Shown in pieces: positions 18,501-28,055 of a DNA stretch of 64,000 nucleotides. This DNA comes from Ignavibacteriota bacterium (GTDB lineage Bacteria > Bacteroidota > Ignavibacteria > UBA10030 > UBA6906), in NCBI GenBank assembly GCA_963801355.1, contig CAWDEM010000004.1, positions 768,001 to 832,000 on the forward strand. The letters run 5' to 3'. Numbering within the stretch: position 1 is the stretch's first letter; the number at the start of each line of letters is the position of its first letter. The notes below the pieces were generated by a model. It saw nothing but the letters and a program-made list of their open reading frames with translations. It was not told the DNA's origin and ran no database searches. Both the position numbers and the translations under genes were made by a program.

Positions 18501-20984
18501 ATGGCGCTCGCACTTCGACCTCCTGCGGCACACCTGCGCTGCGTATTCGGTGTCTTGCTCTTGACGCTGATTTCAGCCTCGCTTGCTGCCCAAACCAACT
18601 ACAATAACGTGCTCAATGCCACTTCCGGGAAAGTTACTGTTCTCAATGCCGCCCCACTCGATTTTTCCCCGCAGCTGACAATTGAGGCGTGGTTGAAACC
18701 GGAACCAGTTGCAGACTCCTATGCCGCGGTGGTCGACAAAGACCGTCCCTACGGGCTTACATTCGGAGTTGCAGCGATTGTAGGCAGGACCGATAGCGTC
18801 GCATTGACGGTAGGGTGGCCCGAGGGTTGGGCCGGCGGGCCAAGGATTGCCTCCGATAGTCTGACATGGACACACGTTGCCGTGACAATCGACACCGTTG
18901 CGGGGGTCGTCGTCTATTACGTCAACGGCATCATGGCATCGACGCTCACTGGAACAAAGGTGCGCTTCAGCAAAAACACGTCGAGTTTGCGTTTCGGAAG
19001 ATCCCCGGTCGGGGATCTGTATCGGGGCATGTGTGATGAGATCCGCCTCTGGAATGTCGTGCGCTCAGAAGCTGAGATCAATTCCCTCTGGAAGTACGAG
19101 GCAAAAGGAAATGAACCGGGCCTTGTTGCGGTGTATCACTTCGAAGATTCCCGCGATACCATTGCGTGGAATCGTGCGTCCGGAGGCGGGCTTGATGGGA
19201 CTATCTCGGCACCCGGAAGCATAGTGGCACAACTCTGGCCGTCTGCGTTCACCGATGAGAATGAGTTCAACGGAAACTTCCTGAACGCCACACCGCTCAA
19301 CTACAGAAGCACCGTACTCAATGCGGCTGTGGCTCCCGGTGACACGGATATCTACAAGATCTACACGAAGCCGGGGGATATCGTCAGGATCGCAACCAGC
19401 GCGAAGAATACGGGCGATCTCGTCAATCTTCTGATATCGTTCGTCGGCTCTGACTCCACAAAGCACATCACAACTTACGTTGGCAATTTCCCCTGGTTCT
19501 ATTCAGCCGCTACGGCACCCGGTTACCACTATATCCGGGTGAGAATCAACAGCGGGTCAGGGGGCCCGTATATTCTGCAAACCACTCGAGAGGGATCTAT
19601 TCAGGCGGATTCGTGTGAACCGAACAACACACAAGCTATGGCCTCCCCTGTCCAATGGGGTTCTCTTACCAATGCAACGATATTCCCAGGACTTGATGCA
19701 GGGATTGCTTCTCCCGATACGGACTTCTATAGCTTCGAGGGTCTTGAAAATGAGATCGGTGTACTTCTCGAGTTTGTGGACGGTCTCTCAATCGGAAGCA
19801 CCCGGCTCTCATTGCACGGCATGTCAGGGATCCTCACCAATAGTTTTCCCACCAGTTTCTCCGGCGCTGTTGCGAATATCCGATTCCCGTCCACGGGAAC
19901 ATACTTTGCTCGTGTGGTCCCCAACGAGGCGGCCTGCTACTATGCGCTCGGCGTATACAAGGGACTTGCGGATATCAATGGGATGCTTTTCGATCCATGT
20001 ACATACTCCGACCGCACGTACCTCTTTGATGGGTGGAGCGACGCGTACGATGGGGCATACATGCTTAAGATCAATAACGCTTGGTACAATATGCTGCCGG
20101 ACTATAGCCTTTCCGAATGCGACGGCCGGCAGTTCTGTTTCAAACCGCAGACCATCGGCGGGCTTGCTGTGAGCCGGAAGTTCTTTGTGCCGACGGCCGC
20201 CCAGGGCGATACGCTGGGCTTCATGCGCATCCAGGAAATTCTTACCAATCCCACCACTTCACCCATCGACGTGAATGTCATTGTCTCCTCGAACTTCGGT
20301 GCAGGGAGCGGAATGAGATACCTCGCCACGTCATCCGGCGACACGGTCTGGCAGAAATCCGATTCGTGGCTGCTCACGGATGACAACATGACTCCGGGAG
20401 GAGATCCGGCACTATCGCACATCTATGACGGCACGGGAGGGGAGGACAGAATCGATTCCGTTTGGAGCAGTCAGGACCAATTGCAGTGGGAGTGGAGAAA
20501 TGTGACGGTGCGGCCGGGAGAGACAAAGATCTACATGTACTTTGTGGCGCAGGATACGCTCATCACTCAGGCACAGAAGAAAGGACCGGCATTCTCAGGC
20601 GCGGCCCTGCCCGCCGCAGCCAAACTCGGGCTCAATGCAGATGCGTTCAACGTCAAGAACTGGCTGAGCTCCGCGCTGGTATCGACGGAATCCGAGCCTT
20701 CCGTGCCGCTCATTTTCTCGCTCGGGCAGAATTTCCCGAACCCTTTCAATCCGCGCACACTTATAAGGGCCGAATGGCCGCTTGTCAGTGATGTGACCCT
20801 TGCGGTCTTTGATCTTCTCGGACGAAAAGTGGCGACTCTGGCGAATGGTCGCTTTCCAGCGGGCCGGTTTGAATTTGCGTTTGACGCTTCACGGCTTGCG
20901 AGCGGCGTGTATCTCTACAGACTGGAAACCAGGGCGGAGAGTGGCGTTCGGGTTGACGTGAAAAAGATGGTTTTGCTGAAATAA
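18501..20984 (+). CDS. Secreted multidomain protein: LamG-like jellyroll, PPC-like modules and T9SS sorting domain
   Basis: 'TIEAWLKP', 'WTHVAVT', 'YVNG', 'DEIRLWN', 'GLVAVYHF'; 'EPNNT..A', 'DTDFYSF'; CTD 'GQNFPNPFNP'. Confidence 0.82.
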   Translation: MALALRPPAAHLRCVFGVLLLTLISASLAAQTNYNNVLNATSGKVTVLNAAPLDFSPQLTIEAWLKPEPVADSYAAVVDKDRPYGLTFGVAAIVGRTDSVALTVGWPEGWAGGPRIASDSLTWTHVAVTIDTVAGVVVYYVNGIMASTLTGTKVRFSKNTSSLRFGRSPVGDLYRGMCDEIRLWNVVRSEAEINSLWKYEAKGNEPGLVAVYHFEDSRDTIAWNRASGGGLDGTISAPGSIVAQLWPSAFTDENEFNGNFLNATPLNYRSTVLNAAVAPGDTDIYKIYTKPGDIVRIATSAKNTGDLVNLLISFVGSDSTKHITTYVGNFPWFYSAATAPGYHYIRVRINSGSGGPYILQTTREGSIQADSCEPNNTQAMASPVQWGSLTNATIFPGLDAGIASPDTDFYSFEGLENEIGVLLEFVDGLSIGSTRLSLHGMSGILTNSFPTSFSGAVANIRFPSTGTYFARVVPNEAACYYALGVYKGLADINGMLFDPCTYSDRTYLFDGWSDAYDGAYMLKINNAWYNMLPDYSLSECDGRQFCFKPQTIGGLAVSRKFFVPTAAQGDTLGFMRIQEILTNPTTSPIDVNVIVSSNFGAGSGMRYLATSSGDTVWQKSDSWLLTDDNMTPGGDPALSHIYDGTGGEDRIDSVWSSQDQLQWEWRNVTVRPGETKIYMYFVAQDTLITQAQKKGPAFSGAALPAAAKLGLNADAFNVKNWLSSALVSTESEPSVPLIFSLGQNFPNPFNPRTLIRAEWPLVSDVTLAVFDLLGRKVATLANGRFPAGRFEFAFDASRLASGVYLYRLETRAESGVRVDVKKMVLLK

Positions 20985-20999
20985 TCGGGAAAGTTGCTC

Positions 21000-22247
21000 T
21001 CACAACGCCGGTTGCTGTACTGCAGTTCTTTGCCGGGTACGGTAAGCCAACAGGCCAAGTGCGGCGATCGAGGCGAATGCTGCCCCGGCTAGAAACGTGG
21101 CTGAAGCCCCGAGCCTGCTCCAGAGCTCTCCGGCAATGACGCTTGCGAGCAACAGTGCCACTCCGCTGATGAGGTTAAAGACACCGAACGCCGTGCCCCG
21201 CAACTCGGCCGGCGAAGTGTCAGCCACAAGTTTTGCCAGCAAACCTTGTGTCAATGCCAGATGCAGTCCCCACAGTGCGGCCCCACTCAAGGCCATGAAC
21301 GGTGCTGAGGCCGATGCCATCAAGAGATCGGCGGCGATGAGAAGCACAAGGCCGGCAAGCAACAAGGTGCGGGGGCTGAACCGGTCGGCGGCTGCACCTG
21401 CCGGATATGCGCACAACGCATAGAAGACATTCATGACAATGAACACCAGCGGCACGTAGCCGATGGCGAGCCCGACGTCCTGAGCCCGCAGTACAAGGAA
21501 GGCTTCGCTGAACCTCGCCAGAGTGAACACCGCACCGAGCGACACCACCAACCAGTAGCGCAGCGGCAGGCGCTTGGCATCCCCTAGCAAAAGCGGTGCT
21601 CGCGATGCCGCGCCGCCGCCACTGCGCCCGGGTTCCTCGACGTACACAGCGAGCAGCGCCACGGCGATGAAGGCCGGCAGGACAGAGATCCACATCACAC
21701 CCCGGATATCGTTGGCGAACCAGGCCATACAGATGACCGCCAGCACCGGGCCGACAAAAGCACCCACCGAATCAAGAGCCTGTCTCAAGCCGTATGCAGC
21801 TCCGCGCAGCTGCGGTGGCGCAATGTCGGCCACAAGGGCGTCCCGGGGTGCGCCGCGGATCCCTTTACCCACACGGTCGATAAACCGGGCGGCGAAGACC
21901 CAACCGATGGAATTCGCCAGCGGAAAAATTGGCTTGGTGAATGCGGCCAGCGTATAGCCGAGGACCATCAGAGACTTGCGCTTGCGGAGGAAGTCGCTCA
22001 GGGCACCGGAAAAGACCTTCGTAATCGCCGCTGTCGCTTCGGCCACACCTTCGACCACACCGATGGTGACCATGGAAACGCCAAGGCTTGTGGCCATAAA
22101 CACAGGGAGGAGGCTGTGGATCAACTCCGAAGAGATGTCCATGAACATCGAGCCCAGCCCCATGGCCCAGATGCCCGCGGGCAAGGCGCGTAACGCCGCC
22201 GGCCCGATGAGCGAACCTTTTGACGGTTTCGAAGTGTGAGCACCCAT
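21000..22247 (-). CDS. MFS transporter
   Basis: 'MDISSELIHSLLP', 'RFIDRVGKGIRGAPRDALVAD', 'ARFSEAFL'. Confidence 0.9.
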   Translation of the reverse strand: MGAHTSKPSKGSLIGPAALRALPAGIWAMGLGSMFMDISSELIHSLLPVFMATSLGVSMVTIGVVEGVAEATAAITKVFSGALSDFLRKRKSLMVLGYTLAAFTKPIFPLANSIGWVFAARFIDRVGKGIRGAPRDALVADIAPPQLRGAAYGLRQALDSVGAFVGPVLAVICMAWFANDIRGVMWISVLPAFIAVALLAVYVEEPGRSGGGAASRAPLLLGDAKRLPLRYWLVVSLGAVFTLARFSEAFLVLRAQDVGLAIGYVPLVFIVMNVFYALCAYPAGAAADRFSPRTLLLAGLVLLIAADLLMASASAPFMALSGAALWGLHLALTQGLLAKLVADTSPAELRGTAFGVFNLISGVALLLASVIAGELWSRLGASATFLAGAAFASIAALGLLAYRTRQRTAVQQPAL

Positions 22248-22277
22248 CTGTTCTTCGCTCGGTGGGAGAGAAAACAG

Positions 22278-23942
22278 CTATGCGTTCACTGCGGCCGTCG
22301 GAAGAAACCGAGGTGGCCGCCGGACTTTCGTTGCCTGTTCAAAGGCATACGCCAGCCTGATCAGCCCCGCTTCACCCCATTGCCTTCCGAAAAATGATAC
22401 ACCAACGGGCATGCCGAAGATGAACCCTGCAGGAACTGTTATGCTCGGGTATCCTGCTACAGCGGCTGCCGTCGAGCTCCCGCCGATATAATGATCGCCG
22501 GTGATGAGGTCCGTCACCCATCCTGGTCCGTCTGTCGGAGCCACAAGCGCATCCAGCCTCTGTTTGCTCATGACAGCGTCTATCCCCTGGACACGCGCAA
22601 GCCGGTGGATCTTTTTCAGCGCATCGAGATACTCTTTACTTGTTAACGGACCTTTCGCTTCTGCTTTCAGGAATGTCTCTTGACCGAAATAAGGCATTTC
22701 GGTTTTCGCGTTCTTGTCATTGTATTCGATGATATCCTTGAGGGACCGCACCGGAGCATCCGGTCCGAGGCGTGCGAGATACGCGTTCAAGTCGGCTTTG
22801 AGCTCGTAGCGGAGAACGAGTGACTCGGAATCATCGAACGTGCCGAGTGCGGCGATATCGGCAGGATCAATCAGGATTGCTCCCTGGGCTTTCAGCACGC
22901 CAAGAGCGGCTTTCAAAATGTCGTCGACAGCCGGCAGGAAGCCAAAGTATTTGCGCACGACACCTATCCGGGCTCCCTTCAGGGCGCCCGGATCCAGGCT
23001 CTTCACATAATCGGCAGCTTTTCCCCGGCTCCCGTGCGATGCGGCATCGGCCGGGTCAACGCCGGTGAGCGCGCCAAGAAGCAGTGCGGCATCCCGCACC
23101 GTGCGTGCAATGGGTCCTGGGGTATCCTGCGAATGCGAAATGGGAATCACTCCCGTGCGGCTCACGAGTCCAACGGTCGGCTTGATCCCGACGACGCCGT
23201 TGACTGATGACGGACTGACGATGGAACCGTCGGTTTCCGTACCCACCGCCGCAGCACAAAGGTTTGCTGCGACAGCCGCAGCAGAGCCGGAACTGGATCC
23301 GGAGGTATTCCTGTCGAGAGCGTAGGGGTTTTTCGTCAACCCGCCCCGGCCACTCCAACCGCTGGTCGAATGATTTGACCGGATATTGGCCCATTCACTC
23401 AGGTTCGTCTTTCCGAGGAGAACTGCGCCTGACCGTCGCAGTTGCTGCACAAGGAAGGCATCTTCCGGCGGCTTCGCTCCCACGAGAGCCAACGAGCCGG
23501 CGGTCGTCATCATGCGATCGGCGGTATCGATATTGTCTTTGAGCAGAACCGGAATCCCGTGGAGTGGACCGCGGGCCCCCTTTTCCTTCATCTCCCTATC
23601 GAGTGCCTCTGCAATCGCGAGTGCGTCAGGGTTGATCTCGATGACGCTCCGGATGGCGGGTCCCTGCCTGTCAATGGCCTCAATGCGTTGGAGATAATTC
23701 TGCACCAGGGAACGGCATGTGTACTTACCGGATTTCAGACCATCCGCAAGCTCGCTGATGCTGACCTCATCCAGTTCTCCGGATTGTATATCGGAGGCCG
23801 CATTGGAAAGGGCGGCCGCTTTGTTGCCCGCCGACGCTGCAGGAAATACCGCTGCGACCGCCGCCGCTGATAGGCCGGTCCGCAGGAAACCCCTGCGGCT
23901 CAAAGGATTTCCGGTATCGACAAATTGTTCGTCATGCCTCAT
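22278..23942 (-). CDS. Amidase signature family enzyme, Tat-exported
   Basis: 'SRRGFL' twin-Arg signal; 'GPLHGIPVLLKDN', 'GKTNLSEW', 'SGSSSGS', 'GTETDGSI'. Confidence 0.93.
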   Translation of the reverse strand: MRHDEQFVDTGNPLSRRGFLRTGLSAAAVAAVFPAASAGNKAAALSNAASDIQSGELDEVSISELADGLKSGKYTCRSLVQNYLQRIEAIDRQGPAIRSVIEINPDALAIAEALDREMKEKGARGPLHGIPVLLKDNIDTADRMMTTAGSLALVGAKPPEDAFLVQQLRRSGAVLLGKTNLSEWANIRSNHSTSGWSGRGGLTKNPYALDRNTSGSSSGSAAAVAANLCAAAVGTETDGSIVSPSSVNGVVGIKPTVGLVSRTGVIPISHSQDTPGPIARTVRDAALLLGALTGVDPADAASHGSRGKAADYVKSLDPGALKGARIGVVRKYFGFLPAVDDILKAALGVLKAQGAILIDPADIAALGTFDDSESLVLRYELKADLNAYLARLGPDAPVRSLKDIIEYNDKNAKTEMPYFGQETFLKAEAKGPLTSKEYLDALKKIHRLARVQGIDAVMSKQRLDALVAPTDGPGWVTDLITGDHYIGGSSTAAAVAGYPSITVPAGFIFGMPVGVSFFGRQWGEAGLIRLAYAFEQATKVRRPPRFLPTAAVNA

Positions 23943-24253
23943 GGCACTTGCCTCCAGGTTCTTCACGCGTGCTGATACCGCCGGTACGAGGTGCACCGGC
24001 ACCCTGCCGGTGTGTACCGGAATATACGAAGGAGCTCCAAAAGATATGAGGGGACGAAAACTTCTTCCTTTTGAGTTATTTGCCCCGGTCCCGGGAACAT
24101 TCCAGGCGCTCTATGCGTTCACCCCTATGCTGGGTTGCCCGTGATCTGAATTGGCGGCGACTGAGCGTTCGTGGTCACCCCTTGCTCTCATCTCGTTCAA
24201 ATATGAGGCTCATTGCAGGTCTAATTCACGTGTAACTTACCATGGAGGCATAC

Positions 24254-24700
24254 ATGACACATCGTGCGGTGTTCCTGGCTGTGGGACTTCTGCTGGCGAC
24301 AGTGCTGGTGCAGGCCCAAGAGAGCAAGTCAACCACTCGTCTTCAGCGGCAGCATAACTACACCGAATTTCAGAAGAAGATAATGCCTCAAACTGAGGCA
24401 ACCATTCTGGCTGGCATCCAGGGTGAAAGCGTCGCAATGCAACAGAGCGCACTTCAGACTCTGCGGGAATTGTCCCAGATTGCCGCCGACTATCCATTCA
24501 GTTCGCTCATCACTCCACTTGAGGAAAAACTGACAAGTCCGCAAACCGATCGCGTAGTGCGCCGGCTGGCTGCACTCGCCCTGGATGGGCTGCATTCTGA
24601 TGCGGGGGACGCCGTCATCAAATCAGTCGCGGAGAAGTGCGACGACGAGGGCCTCCAGTTGCTTTGCAAGGCTCTGTTGATAAGGAGCAATCTGGAATAG
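24254..24700 (+). CDS. Hypothetical exported helical (HEAT-like) protein
   Basis: GGAGG RBS and signal peptide; 'VRRLAALAL' helix-pair pattern. Confidence 0.65.
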   Translation: MTHRAVFLAVGLLLATVLVQAQESKSTTRLQRQHNYTEFQKKIMPQTEATILAGIQGESVAMQQSALQTLRELSQIAADYPFSSLITPLEEKLTSPQTDRVVRRLAALALDGLHSDAGDAVIKSVAEKCDDEGLQLLCKALLIRSNLE

Positions 24701-24914
24701 CCATCTGAGCCCCGACCTCATCCACCCGTCCCATATCTGAGAGCGAAAAGTTCACCGCCGCTTTCTCCCATGGAATGTTCCAGCAACAATGCCCCGATGC
24801 ACGGGGCATTGCTTAGAGCAGCACGCCTTTGATATATCCAGAAGACAAGAACCCGGCTATCCGTCGGGTTCTTGTCGTATTAATGCTCCTGCATCGGGCT
24901 GCCGGAACGAACGG

Positions 24915-26675
24915 TTATTCTTCGTCGGGAGAAGGAAGATTCTTGTACCACGTGAAGTAGAGGACCAGAGCCGTGAGGAGCGTGATGCCCAGCCAGAGCC
25001 CGACATGACTCCATTCCTTCAGGAACATGTAGAACGGAACGATGCCGAGGCAGAGCTGGAAGAATGAGGCCACAAAAGCGTTCACAACATCCATCCTTGG
25101 CATGGGATCATTGGACGGGACGAGTCCGCGTCGCACCGCCTCCTCCCGTACGGGTTTCCAGAAGCCGAACGGACGCACCTTAGCATAGAACCTGACCAGG
25201 GTATCCATGTCCGAAGGCGGGGTGAGCCATGTAATCAGCACGGTTACGAAAGTGCAGGAGAGCATGAGAAAAATGATGGCCCAATAGAGCGGCAGGAAAT
25301 CGAGAAATGCCTTGTGGATGCACACGACGGTTGTGGATGCTGCCACGCTCCAGATGAACGCACGCGCGCCAAAGCGCCACCAGTGCCACCGGAATGTCCC
25401 CGGAACGAGTATCATGGTCAGCATGACATAGAGCAGCATCTCCCAGGCCGAAATGATCTGTTCGTACATGAAGCTGAACGCGAACCCGACAACGATCACC
25501 GCACTGGAGACGACCATGCCGAGTCGTACAAGCGACTGTTCGGGGAGGTTGCGGGCTACGGAACGCTTCAAGAAATCATTGAGAACGACATTGCTCGTGA
25601 CGTTGATGATGGCGCTCAGGGTCGACATGAGCGCGGCGAGGAGGATCGCCATCAGAAGTCCCGCAACACCAATGGGGAGATGTTTCACAACCAGCGGCAT
25701 GATTCTTTCAGCGTCAAATGCCTTCTCTATTCCGAGATAGTACACCCCGAAACAGAGGAACGAGCCGGCGACGAGCCAGCGTATGGTATGCCCGACAGTC
25801 CAGATACCCGCCGAGAGGGAGGCCTCACGCGGGTTTTTTGCGGTGAGGAAGAAGTTAAAGTCCCATCCCAGCGGACCCGTCAACAGTCTCAAAACGAGCC
25901 AGAGCAGGCTTGCGGACATCAGCGGGCCAAAAGTAAAGTACTGCTGGTAACTCGCGGGGACCCTGGTGAGATAGTCCGGCCACAACGTCCATGAGATGGC
26001 AAGCGAATCCCATCCCGGGCTCCTGGCGGCAAGTGTGGAGAGTCCGTCGGGGAGTTGGAGTGCCGCAATAGTGAGACAGACCCCGCCGATGATGATCAGG
26101 CTGGTCTGGAAGATATCGGTCCAGATGACACCGAAGAACCCACCGAGCGTAACGTACACCCCGACAACCACAAAAATGATCAGTGTCGATTCCCACCGGG
26201 GAAGGGGGACAAACTCCTCCGCAAACTTCCCTGTGCCGACTGCGACGTAGACGAGTGTGAGCAGTAACGAGAGCAGGATGAACGCTGCCATGAGCGTCCG
26301 CACGTACTCTGTCTCCTTGTTCTTCCCGAACCGGGTTTCCATCCATTCCGCGGGAGTCATGACCCCGGACCGCCGGATATACTTCGCCTGGAATGCCATA
26401 AACATCGCCATACTGAAAAAACCCCAGCCGATATGGAAGATCCAGACCGACTTGATACCCACATAGAACATGACGCCGATGATGAGCATTGTGCCGCCAA
26501 TATCCACATAGCTCGAACAACCCGAGAGCCCGATCATCCACCAGCGCGTCTGGCGTTCTGCCAGGTAATATGCGCTAAGCCGCTTGGTGGCACGCCGCTG
26601 AAAAGCAACGCCGATGGAGACGGTGGCGAGCAGATAGATTATGACAATGACAATATCGATCGGATGGAGCTGCAT
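24915..26675 (-). CDS. Sodium:solute symporter (SSS), probably for a sugar
   Basis: 'YYLAER..WW', 'TPAEW..RFG', 'YVTLGGFFGVIWTD', 'LLAALMST'; AGGAGG upstream. Confidence 0.9.
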   Translation of the reverse strand: MQLHPIDIVIVIIYLLATVSIGVAFQRRATKRLSAYYLAERQTRWWMIGLSGCSSYVDIGGTMLIIGVMFYVGIKSVWIFHIGWGFFSMAMFMAFQAKYIRRSGVMTPAEWMETRFGKNKETEYVRTLMAAFILLSLLLTLVYVAVGTGKFAEEFVPLPRWESTLIIFVVVGVYVTLGGFFGVIWTDIFQTSLIIIGGVCLTIAALQLPDGLSTLAARSPGWDSLAISWTLWPDYLTRVPASYQQYFTFGPLMSASLLWLVLRLLTGPLGWDFNFFLTAKNPREASLSAGIWTVGHTIRWLVAGSFLCFGVYYLGIEKAFDAERIMPLVVKHLPIGVAGLLMAILLAALMSTLSAIINVTSNVVLNDFLKRSVARNLPEQSLVRLGMVVSSAVIVVGFAFSFMYEQIISAWEMLLYVMLTMILVPGTFRWHWWRFGARAFIWSVAASTTVVCIHKAFLDFLPLYWAIIFLMLSCTFVTVLITWLTPPSDMDTLVRFYAKVRPFGFWKPVREEAVRRGLVPSNDPMPRMDVVNAFVASFFQLCLGIVPFYMFLKEWSHVGLWLGITLLTALVLYFTWYKNLPSPDEE

Positions 26676-26946
26676 GATGCTGATGTCCCTCCTGCAGAAG
26701 TCGGGTGTTGTAGCGGTGGATTGGAGAAAGAGCGCGTGATCGCTGGGTACGGCGCACGGGGTCCGGGCCGGGATGGCACGATCGGTGGCCACAATATCGA
26801 CAGATAATTCCAGAAAAGAAACAACGTTGACTCTCGCATGCCCAGGCACTACATTCTAGTGTATCCGGAGTTCACCAGACCGCCGCCGCGTCGTACCAAC
26901 ACTCTACCGTCTTCGAAATCCGGTTTGCGCAAAGCCACCGATATTC

Positions 26947-28026
26947 ATGAGGTGCTGGACTATGAGGCTTAGGATCGTTGTTCCCTGTTTCTTTCTTGGA
27001 GCTCTCGGCCTTTCGTGCGGATCTTCGCTGTTTACTAGAAGCAACGAAGTCTGTGATCCCTACCGGCATGCCGGTGAACCCGGAGGTGCAGTGATGGTAC
27101 TCCGGCAGGATTCGGTGCTCTATGCAGACGCCTTTGGAATTGCGGACCTTGAGGCCGGAACGCCGAACGCGCTCACCACCAACTTCAGGCTTGCCTCGGT
27201 TACCAAGCAATTTACCGCGATGGCTGTGGTAATGCTGGCCGAACGCGGGAAACTGACACTGGAACAACCCCTGACAGACTTCTTTCCCGATTTTGCACCG
27301 GTTGGTCGAACGATCACCTTGAAGCATTTGCTCACGCATACATCCGGCATCGCAGCATATGAGGATGTGATGCCGGAGTCCACCGTCGTCCCCCTGCTCG
27401 ACAGGGATGTGCTTCAACTTCTCAAGAATATTGACAGTACCCGCGGTGCGCCGGGTTCATCGTTCGCCTACAGCAATTCCGGCTTTGCACTGCTCGCCTT
27501 GGTCGTCGAAAGGGTCTCCGGCGAATCCTTTGCCCGCTTTCTGAAGGATAACATCTTTTCGCCCCTGGGGATGGACAACACGGTGGCGTACGAGCGCGGG
27601 GTCTCCGAAGTTCCACAGAGAGCGTACGGGTACTCACCTGCTACAGTCAAGGCGGGACGACCTGCGCTGACAGACCAGAGCATGACCAGTTCTGTCCTCG
27701 GCGACGGCGGCATCTATTCATCAGTGACCGACTTGCGAAAATGGAATGCAGCGCTTGCCGCTGGCTCTCTCGTGTCCGCACAATCGATGAGCGAAATGCT
27801 CTCACACCACGCAACTATTGAAGAAGGGAGGATCTGGTACGGATATGGATGGTACATGAGGAGTCTTGACGGTATTCCGGCCTATTACCACGGCGGCTCA
27901 ACGGTCGGCTTCCGGACATTCATTCTGCGCATTCCCGATCGTGCTCTGACTGTCATCGCGCTGTTCAACCGATCAGATGTACTCGCGGAGGACATCGGCT
28001 GGAAGCTTGCACGGCTGTACCTCTGA
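26947..28026 (+). CDS. Serine hydrolase, beta-lactamase/class C PBP family, probable lipoprotein
   Basis: SxxK 'ASVTK', 'LLTHTSG', YxN 'YSNSG', 'HGG'; lipobox-like 'LGLSC'. Confidence 0.9.
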   Translation: MRCWTMRLRIVVPCFFLGALGLSCGSSLFTRSNEVCDPYRHAGEPGGAVMVLRQDSVLYADAFGIADLEAGTPNALTTNFRLASVTKQFTAMAVVMLAERGKLTLEQPLTDFFPDFAPVGRTITLKHLLTHTSGIAAYEDVMPESTVVPLLDRDVLQLLKNIDSTRGAPGSSFAYSNSGFALLALVVERVSGESFARFLKDNIFSPLGMDNTVAYERGVSEVPQRAYGYSPATVKAGRPALTDQSMTSSVLGDGGIYSSVTDLRKWNAALAAGSLVSAQSMSEMLSHHATIEEGRIWYGYGWYMRSLDGIPAYYHGGSTVGFRTFILRIPDRALTVIALFNRSDVLAEDIGWKLARLYL

Positions 28027-28055
28027 TGTGATACGGAGCCAGGGAGACTTTTGGT

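Noticed and set aside
26947-28026. Serine hydrolase as an antibiotic-resistance beta-lactamase
   Set aside because: The SxxK/YxN/HGG pattern is shared by many esterases and peptidases, and nothing indicates resistance.
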